In this document: positions 55,801 through 64,000 of the stretch, in pieces
How positions within the stretch are numbered: position 1 is the stretch's first letter
Layout: each line of letters begins with the position of its first letter
Assembly: GCF_006345805.1 (NCBI RefSeq)
Contig: NC_043021.1
Location: 9,362,001 to 9,426,000, forward strand
DNA length: 64,000 nucleotides
Direction of reading: 5' to 3'
Origin: Octopus sinensis
Lineage: Eukaryota
Translations under genes and position numbers: made by a program
Notes under the pieces: model-generated
What the model saw: the letters and a program-made list of their open reading frames with translations, nothing else
What the model was told of the DNA's origin: nothing
Database searches by the model: none

Positions 55801-58800
55801 GGAAAAGGTACACATAAGTGGGCTGTTTACGCATATATATATATATATACCGTTGGCAATTTTTTTCCCTCTGTCTTCCCTTCTCCTATGTTTCCGACGA
55901 AGAGCTCCGCTCGAAACGTTAGACCCTCCTCCTTTCCTGAGTGTCCAATAATACTATATTTGTTCCACGTCCTCGCGTTGTTGTGTTTTTTTGTGCTCTC
56001 ATGTTTGGATTAACTATATATATATCTACACATGCACACACACATATGCACAAATGACTATCTATGTTTCTATCTATCTATATGTATATGTGTGTGTGTG
56101 TGTGTGCCTGCACATGCACACATATGTACACACACACAGATACACATACATGTATGCGTATGCATTAAGTAAGAAAAGAAAGAAAGAGAGAAAGCAACAG
56201 TGACCGTCACCAACCACCATTTCTGGACATTGAACTGAAAGCCGTTGCTATGGTTTTTAAATGCAGATGGTGTAACAAGAAGATGAAGAGGATAAAGCAG
56301 GCAGTGATAGAAGGGTTAGTGCAATGAAGTTAGGGTACGGCTGCTGTTTAGTAGTGGCTTCACACGTGTATGAGGTGGGGGTTAAGACGGCAGGGATGCT
56401 TATTGTGTTCGCATAGAGGAAGGAGATGGTGGTGAGGAGAGGTAGGAATAGAAAACGGTGCCACTTAATGACTCCACATGCACGCACAAACACACACACA
56501 CACACTGGGATGGTCATGTGAGAGGGTTGTGTTGGGTATAGTTGAGTAAATATCCTACTTCGACATGTGGCAAAGGGAATAAGATAAACATGTAGAGTTT
56601 AGTGAGAGTGCTACCAGACCATGTAATCATCAACATCATTGATGCTTAGCTGTTTAACCCTAGGTCAATATACATCACCACCATCATCATCATCGCTTCG
56701 CAATCTGTTTACATGCTCGTAGGGTTAAGATGGTTCCACTGGAGATGGTCAGCTGGAGAGCTGCACCAGGCTCTGGTCTGTTTTGGCTTGGTTTCTATGA
56801 CTGGATGCCCTTCCTAATGCCAACCACTCCACAGCATGCTGAGTGTTTTGTATGTGTTACTGGCACAGGTACCTTTCACATGGCCCCAGCAGTGAATATC
56901 CCATAAACAGTGCATCTAGGAGTACACTATCTAATGTAACCTTCACATTTGTTTTTAAAGACAATAGAAAAATGTGGCTATTGTTTCTAGCAGTTTGAGC
57001 AACTAAACAGGGATACCCTTGAGTTTCTGTTTCAGTGAGTGAATCCGGATAGATGTCTGCTGAAGCAAGACTGAGCAGTGACTAGTTCAGAATGACCACA
57101 GCAAGGGATCTAGACCTACTGAAGTAGAATTAATCAAAGATTAGTTCATGAATGACCACAGCTATAAACCTAGGCCCATTGAAACAGTACTGGCCAGAGA
57201 TTAACTCATAATGACCACTGCTTGAGATTTAATCAAAAATAATGTTCTGTCCAAATTGATGTCTAAGGCTATCATATAATAAGATTAGATGACCAAGGTT
57301 CTGGGAGCATAACTGGTTGGACAGCAACAATAATGTGGTAGACTTGAACTGTTGCCCAGTTTAATATTAACACCTGGTCATTGTGGGAGTCAGTACCATC
57401 TTTAAGCATGGGTACACTGGGCAGTCGCCCAGGGACCTCATGGGTTTATGGACCCAATTATGATCTATGTATGCTGTGGCTGGCTGTCAATGAATAAATA
57501 CAATAGAGTCAAGTGCAATGATTTGCCTCGGGGCTTATAATACTGTTAAGATAGCCCTGGTGGTGGGGTCATAAGTGGTGGCCACCATACTGCAATTATT
57601 TGGATCCAGTCTTCAGCCTGAGAATAACTCCTGACTTAATGGGTTCTGTTTCCCTTTCCTCATCATCAATAGTAGGGGCCCTACACAAAACAGTGGGATC
57701 GGCATGTCCTTTCTCTGACTAAACTATAAACAATGGGGAGAAGGGAGATGAGGAAATTGATCAATAGTCCACTCAGAACATATGGTCATGTTGGACATTT
57801 CCATCATGAAACAGAGAGAGTGTGAGAAGTGGGGGTGGGGTAGGGGTGGATGGAATTCTGCACACCACATAACGCCCTCATAAGATTTTTATTGTTTGGA
57901 ATTTTCAGAAAATTTTTGCTAATTTGTATTCTCCACATAGGAATTCCCATGACTTCGAAAAATAAACCTTTAAAAAAAATTTTATGGAAAATAAAAAAAT
58001 TTTTTTTTTTTTTTGAAATCACTGTTTAAAATACAGACAGTCCGAACTTTTTGCTTAAATATCTGCTACAGACCGTTGAATGTTTTTAAGGGGAGAAAGA
58101 TACTGAAAAACATCACTCTGTCAGCCTGACAAACAAATGAGAAAAGTATAAGGTGGTAGTTGGATGTGCTAAAAATAACAGCTAAATAGCCCTTAAGTCA
58201 AACACCAAACTTTTTTTTTTTTGATTTCGCATAATTGTATGAATTCCTGTGTGTTGAACACAAGTTTGCAAAAATTTTCTGAAAATTCCCAAAAAATAGA
58301 AAAGTTATGAGGGTTTATATATGGCATGCTTCAAGCAGAATTCTACCTGTGGGGGGGTGAAACCTGTTGTTAAGACCAAACTGTGAGGTTAGCAAAATAG
58401 CAAGCACCACTGGGGAAAATAAACAAGTAGTTTGACCATGATGGCCATTATGAACATACCAATGGGTCAGCAGGAGGTTTAGATGGAGGTGGGGATGGGG
58501 TAGGAGACAGACTGCGAGCAGTAGCATGGGGTGCACCAACAGCAGGCTCTGGTGGGTCGGAGAGGTCAGACCCCCAGTCTTCTTCTTCTTCTCCTCCTCC
58601 TCCTCCTCCTCCTTTTTGTCATCATCTTTCACAATTGCGGCATGGGACGGAGTGACAGCAACGGGGGGAGGCAAAGCGGCGGTGGAGGGTGGCGGGGAGG
58701 GTGAGGGTGAGGGAGACGCCGGAGTAGGAAGAGCGGCAGGAGTAGCAGTGGGAGTAGCAGCAGGAAGAGTTGGCACTGTTTCAGCTGCTGCTGCTTCCTT

Positions 58801-61800
58801 TTCTACTTGTTGTTGTGGTGGTGGTGGTTGTGGTTGTAGTGGTTGCAGTAGTGGTTGTTGGTGGTCATCCTGTCCAAAATGACGGTTGGCGTCGTCGTCG
58901 GACGTGCCGGTGTCACATACCACCTCTGCTTCGTTGTACGTAGAGTCCTCTGTCGGATCACTGCTCTTGTCACCATCGCTTGGTTTGTACACAAACTTCC
59001 CTTCCGCTTCAGCTTTCAACATTTCTTCCACAGGGTTCCTTTCAGAGTTCAACTAAAGACAGGGAAAGAGAAAAAAATTATTAGATGAAGGAAAGCAACT
59101 CAGATGAATTCATTTCAAAACATAACAAAATGTCACCCACACTTTTCTTTAACCCTTTCGTTACTGTCGAATGTAAATAATGAAAATAATGTAAATTAAT
59201 GTAGTCCTTGATGGGCAATCTTCAAAAACGACAGAGTAGTCAAGGTTGGAGTGTCTTTATTAATAAGTTTGTTTAATCAGGGTGGTCGTGGGACTAAACA
59301 AAACATAAATATACTTACTGGTCGGCTGCCGTAGGCTGTGGCTGGCAAAGATATAGAATACTGGGGTTGGAGATATTGCTCAGTTTTGAAAGTGTCCTTC
59401 AAACCAGGGAAAAGGTTCTCGTAATCGGTTGGGTCTGCCAAAGAATCAGCAGCACGTTTGTTGATCTTAGACAAAGCTTCCCGCCACAGTTTTACAACTC
59501 TATAAGCAGGAAGAAACAACACAGAGACATGTATCGGGGGGAAAAAATTGAAACGAAGCAAAAACAGAAGAGGAAAAGAGAAATGAAAAACGAATACGAG
59601 GTGATGAAACCAATGATAGATGTTTACATGTACTTGTTTAACCCTAGGTCAACCTAGATTCAGTAAACCTATGATTCAAACATGCTTGCTATGATAATCC
59701 TATACACTGCATATCTCAGTCTTCTGTCATCTCCTTCGTATGGTTCAGTGTTTTGAAATCAGCCTTTGATACTAAATGGCTGAATATTCGACACACAAAT
59801 CATCATCTTCGTTTAACGTCCACTTTCCATGCTGGCATGGGTTGGACGGTTTGACTGAGGACTGGTGAGCCAGAGGCTGCACCAGGCTCAATCTGATCTG
59901 GCAAAGTTTCTACAGCTGGATGCCCTTCCTAATGCCGACCACTCCGAGAATGTAATTCTTAATGTAAGTCTCAGCTGGAATCAGTCTGACAAAGCAGGGT
60001 ATTTGAATTACAGAAATGATCCTGGTCTGGTCATACCACCCTTGGCAGGAACAACCCCCTCAGGCATTGGCACCCATCAAGATGAAAAGGCTCAATCGTT
60101 TGCCAAAGATTAACTACTCGGATATGAACTAATGCTGACAAAGAGACTTTGAATTCAAATATGCCTAGATTCCTAGCGAACAAACAGAGAATTTCACTGT
60201 CTTTAATTGCAGCTGATGTTTGACAAGCAGAGAAGACATGTGGCGTATAGTGGAGGCACATGGCCTATTGGTTAGAGCAGCGGACTCGCGGTTGAGTGAT
60301 CGTGGGTTCGAATCTCAGACCAGGCGATGTGTGTGTTTATGAGCGAAACACCTAAGCTCCACGCGGCTCTAGCAGAAGGTAATGTCGAACTTCTGCTAAC
60401 TCTTTCACCACAGCTTTCTCTCACTCTTTCCTCTTGCATCTAGCAGCTCACCTGCGATGGACCGGCGTCCCGTCCAGGTGGGGAACCTATATACCAAGGA
60501 AACTGGGAAACTGGCCCTATGAGCTAGGCATGGCTCGAGAAGGATGGAACAAAAAAAAAAAAAGCAGAGGAGAGGAAAAGTAAAACAAGAGGTTTTCAAA
60601 ACACTGAAAATGGAAAGCATGTGAAACAATCAAGACAACATATGAGACTTACCGTGATATCTGGCTTGGTAGATATGTCCTGGCAAAGAAGGCAGCTTCA
60701 GGCAGACGGTTGGTGTTGATGAGGACTTCTAAACATTCATCAAGTCTGTGGAATTGAGAATGATAGAATGGTAAGTGATAGTAGGAGGAACAGAATAAGG
60801 AAGAAATAAAACTGTGAATGACAGCACCCAGAGGAATAGAATGTGCAAAGATAGAACTCTGATAGAATGTGTAATGGTAGAACTGTAAATGATAAAATGG
60901 TGAGGAATAGAATGGAGGGGAGGATAATAGAATGAGGACAATGAAGTGGTAAGGATAAAATGGTAATATACATGTTGAGTAGACAACAGAGGATCATCAT
61001 CATCGTTTAATGTCTGCTTTCCATGCTGGCATGGGTTGGATGATTTGACTGAGGACTGGCGAACCAGATGGCTGCACTGGGCTCCAATCTGATCTGGCAG
61101 AGTTTCTACAGCTGGATGCTCTCCCTAACGCCAACCATTCTGAGAGTGTAGTGGGTGCTTTTACGTGTTACGGGCACGTATTTTATACAAATTTTTTTTA
61201 CAAATATTTTATACAAATATTTTACAGATATTTTATACAAAACAGACAAAAATAAAACAAAATACACAAATATTTCAGGAAATAGTATCAGTATTTATAG
61301 CGGTGGGTGTTTATACCTATCTAATAGGCACAAACCCAGCAGATCTGTGATTAAAGGCATTCCAGCTGGTACCCTCACAACTTTTATCATTCAGATTCAG
61401 TGAACCTTAAACTGCTTTATTAGTGTCTTTGTTTTACTAAGACAACAGGATGTGATCAGGGGAAAGGCTTAGCTGCCTTTTCTGGTAGATCATGCAACTT
61501 TATAGAGCAGTCACGGGAAGGGCTGGCGCTAGGAAGTGTGGGCCCTCTGCTCTACTAAAGCTGAAGATTGATGCTTTATGCGGTATGCCAGTCTCCAGCC
61601 ATAAAGCGTTGAGGGTTTAAGGCTCCACCATTAGCCACAATGATATACTAAAAATTTATCAGAGCAACCTCTTATTTCTTTACTGCCCACATGGGGCTAC
61701 ACACAGAGGGGGCAAACAAGGACAGACAAATGGATTAAGTTGATTATATCAACCCCAGTGTGTAACTGGTACTTAATTTATCGACCCCAAAAGGATGAAA

Positions 61801-62265
61801 GGCAAAGTCGACCTCAGCGGAATTTGAACTCAGAACATAATGGCAGACAAAATACCGCTAAGCATTTTGCCCGGCGTGCTAACGTTTCTGCCAGCTTGCC
61901 GCAGTCAATTATATCAACCCCAGTATTCAACTGGTACATATTTTATCGACCCCTAAAAAGATGAAAGGCAAAGTTGATCTTGGTGGAATTTGAAGGATAC
62001 AGCAAGACATTAGCAATAAAAGTATAGAGGAAATAAAAACAAACACTCACTTTCCAAGAGCAAAGTAAGAGAGGAATGCAACATTATTCTGTGAGGCTTT
62101 CTCTGCTGTTTGACCAAGACGAAGGACCATGTCTGTGTTACCAGCAGATGTAGCCAGTAGGAGAAGGCCACCAAAGTCCTGTGCTTGGTGGAGACACTCT
62201 TGAGCCAGGCCAAACTCACACTTGTTGATAGCCAGCTCAGCAAGAAGTTTCCATTTCTGCTCAGA
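52805..62265 (-). CDS. COPB2: Coatomer subunit beta' (beta'-COP), last six coding exons; 5' part lies beyond the window
   Basis: Exons 62051-62265, 60653-60745, 59319-59499, 58460-59052, 53789-53950, 52805-52840, all GT-AG. SEQKWKLLAELA...QDFGGLLLLA...NNVAFLSYF, RLPEAAFFARTYLPSQ, AADSLADPTDYENLFPGLK and ELDLENLNLDNVDTSDVNLDDDLLED* match recalled COPB2. One apparent 1-bp frameshift near 58591. Confidence 0.93.
52985..53360 (+). mobile_element. Same RTE-like LINE family, 3' fragment
   Basis: Near-identical to 19318-19690 in the opposite orientation. Confidence 0.85.
53388..53760 (+). mobile_element. Family A SINE, full length
   Basis: Close to family consensus; inserted directly after an RTE tail. 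Confidence 0.85.
53789..53950 (-). CDS. COPB2: COPB2 penultimate exon
   Basis: ELHDKDNIAQ...DLEKELELDLENLNLDNVDTS|GTAAGT; 162 nt. Confidence 0.9.
54622..55010 (+). mobile_element. Family A SINE, diverged
   Basis: Same architecture. Confidence 0.75.
55890..55924 (+). ncRNA. Hammerhead motif with core substitution (CCGACGA)
   Basis: GUUU CCGACGA A GAGC UCC GCUC GAAAC GUU^AGAC. Palindromic AACGUU; U4 of the core replaced by C. Confidence 0.55.
57040..57235. repeat. Diverged 60-bp tandem repeat (about 3 units)
   Basis: GAATGACCACAGC at 57090 and 57150, AATGACCACTGC at 57210; the intervening sequences align loosely. Confidence 0.7.
57596..57718 (-). CDS. COPB2: Candidate alternative terminal exon of COPB2 (40 aa)
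   Basis: Strong pyrimidine tract, then TTTAG| and the phase-0 ORF SEKGHADPTVLCRAPTIDDEERETEPIKSGVILRLKTGSK*. No homology support. Confidence 0.35.
   Translation of the reverse strand, partial: SEKGHADPTVLCRAPTIDDEERETEPIKSGVILRLKTGSK
58460..59052 (-). CDS. COPB2: COPB2 large low-complexity exon (Pro/Ala/acidic), with apparent 1-bp deletion
   Basis: TCTTTAG|LNSERNPVEEM... to ...KPPADPL|GTATGT. The exon is 593 nt, but flanking phases 0/0 require a multiple of 3 (594). Confidence 0.8.
59319..59499 (-). CDS. COPB2: COPB2 exon
   Basis: VVKLWREALSKINKRAADSLADPTDYENLFPGLKDTF...GSRP|GTAAGT. Confidence 0.95.
60653..60745 (-). CDS. COPB2: COPB2 exon
   Basis: LDECLEVLINTNRLPEAAFFARTYLPSQIS|GTAAGT. 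Confidence 0.95.
62051..62265 (-). CDS. COPB2: COPB2 exon
   Basis: TTTCAG|SEQKWKLLAELAINKCEFGLAQECLHQAQDFGGLLLLATSAG...FALG|GTGAGT. Confidence 0.95.
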
Positions 62266-62766
62266 CTGAAAACATAAAAAAGAAGATTTTATATATATCA
62301 TCATCATCATCATCATCATCATTTAGCGTCCGTTTTCCATGCTAGCATGGGTTGGACGGTTCAACTGGGGTCTGTGAAGCCGGAAGGCTTCATCAGGCCC
62401 AGTCAGATCTGGCAGTGTTTCTACGGCTGGATGCCCTTCCTAACGCCAACCACTCCGTGAGTGTAGTGGGTGCTTTTTATGTGCCACCCGCACAGGTGCC
62501 AGACAGAGCTGGCAAACGGCCACGAACGGATGGTGCTTTTACGTGCCACCGGCACATATAGTGTGAACAAGCTATCTTTGAGATAGCATGTTATTACATT
62601 GGTTTGATATCATTGTATCATACGTTCCTATAGTTTATATGCATAAGTATACATATGACACATATATAGGAAGAATGCTGGCAAGACATGCAACATGAAT
62701 GAAGCTTGAACATCAAAAATGGAAAACGTAAAAATGAAACGCAATTATTTTAAAAGAACATGCATT

Positions 62767-62911
62767 TATAAGGTTGTCCCAAAAGTTCGTAGAAAGTCTT
62801 GGAAAATAATGGTCTTTATTTTGAGGAATAATTTTTGTTGTTTTTGTTAGTACTTGGCGAGTAAAAATTCAATTTTCGCAAGTGTTTACGAACTTTTGGG
62901 ACAACCTAATA
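62767..62911. mobile_element. mariner-type MITE
   Basis: TIRs TATAAGGTTGTCCCAAAAGTTCGTA / TACGAACTTTTGGGACAACCTAATA. Confidence 0.75.
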
Positions 62912-63437
62912 TAATGCAATAAAAATTACTACCTAAATACTGCCAATAAATTTTAATATACACACCCTACAATGCATTTTTAATACAGTTAATATTCGTT
63001 ACTAAACACAATATAATCACAACTACTGTTTTTTTTATTCACGTGTATATTTAGTGAAAAACCGAGCCCATCTCATTCACATTATTGTCACCCTTTTGAC
63101 GCAAACCAAATGAAAGAAGTATATTTTATGTTTATATATAACATGCAGTTATATACTTAGATATTGTTATATACAAAATGGAAGTGAAGAGAAGCAAGTA
63201 CCATCTGAAGCATATTTGCAGAAAATTTCATTTAAAAATATCCATTTTTCTGAAAGTTTATGAGGAAACAAAGTTGTTGGGAACACATAGGTATGCTGCA
63301 GCTAATGCTCAGGCAATTTACTGTATATCATTGCACATGCGTTAACCAGAAGTCAATAGTAAACATGTATTTTTAAAAATTATAATCATATATATATATA
63401 CATATATATACACATACATACATATATATATACATAG

Positions 63438-63799
63438 GTGTAGGAGTGGCTGTGTGGTAAGTAGCTTGCTTACAAACCACATGGTTCCGGGTTCAGCCCC
63501 ACTGTGTGGCGCACCTTGGGCAAGTGTCTTCTACTGTAGCCTCAGGCTGACCAAAGCCTTGTGAGTGGATTTGGTAGACGGAAACTGGAAGAAGCCTGTT
63601 GTATATATGTATGTGCTTGACAACCGATGCTGGTGTGTTTACGTCACCATAACTTAGCAGTTCGGCAAAAGAGACCGATAGAATAAGTACTAGGCTTACA
63701 AAGAATAAGTCCTGGGGTCGATTTGCTCAACTAAAAGGCGGTGCTCCAGCATGGCCACAGTCAAATGACTGAAATAAGTAAAAGAGTAAGAGTAAAGAG

Positions 63800-63800
<1 letters not shown>
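63438..63800 (+). mobile_element. Family A SINE
   Basis: Same architecture. Confidence 0.85.
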
Positions 63801-63830
<30 letters not shown>

Positions 63831-64000
63831 TCAAACACACATTCACATACATACACACACATACATATACATACAAATATACATACATGAATACACACAA
63901 TATATAAACAAAAAAAATTCAATTAGAGTAACTTCTCAAAAGCATGTTTACTGACAAAGAGAAATACAAAAAGTTTTAGGAGAAATATGAATATTACAAA

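Noticed and set aside
57830-57850. G-quadruplex candidate (also ~52578-52596)
   Set aside because: Only three runs of three or more G; it does not meet the canonical four-run pattern.
58315-58459. C-terminal part of track ORF 58315-59052 as COPB2 coding sequence
   Set aside because: It lies beyond the GTATGT donor, and the frame after ~58591 is out of register.

Overview
AT-rich, microsatellite-dense eukaryotic DNA, most likely from an octopus. This assignment rests on recalled octopod SINE families, not a database search. Three spliced genes can be reconstructed by hand. (1) The first coding exon of CD2BP2 (U5-52K/Lin1) lies on the minus strand and the gene runs out of the window to the left. 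(2) An apparently complete SANBR/KIAA1841 homologue lies on the plus strand: 20 coding exons, 17141-50182, 744 aa, all GT-AG with consistent phases. (3) The 3' part of COPB2 (beta'-COP) lies on the minus strand, convergent with SANBR. It has an apparent 1-bp frameshift in a GAG/GAA repeat and a candidate alternative last exon. Introns are packed with tRNA-derived SINEs, fragments of RTE, CR1 and R4/Dong LINEs, and Tc1/mariner, piggyBac-like, hAT-like and Helitron-like elements. The most striking signal is a set of minimal type-I hammerhead ribozyme motifs with (near-)palindromic stem III, the form known from Penelope-like elements. Three look intact (591-671, 20412-20475, 42009-42074, all minus strand) and four are decayed. 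One intact copy is in sense orientation in CD2BP2 intron 1, and one decayed family sits in the tail of a tRNA-headed SINE. No CRISPR array, rRNA or credible tRNA gene was found. Most ORFs in the supplied track are microsatellite artefacts. Repeat boundaries are approximate.
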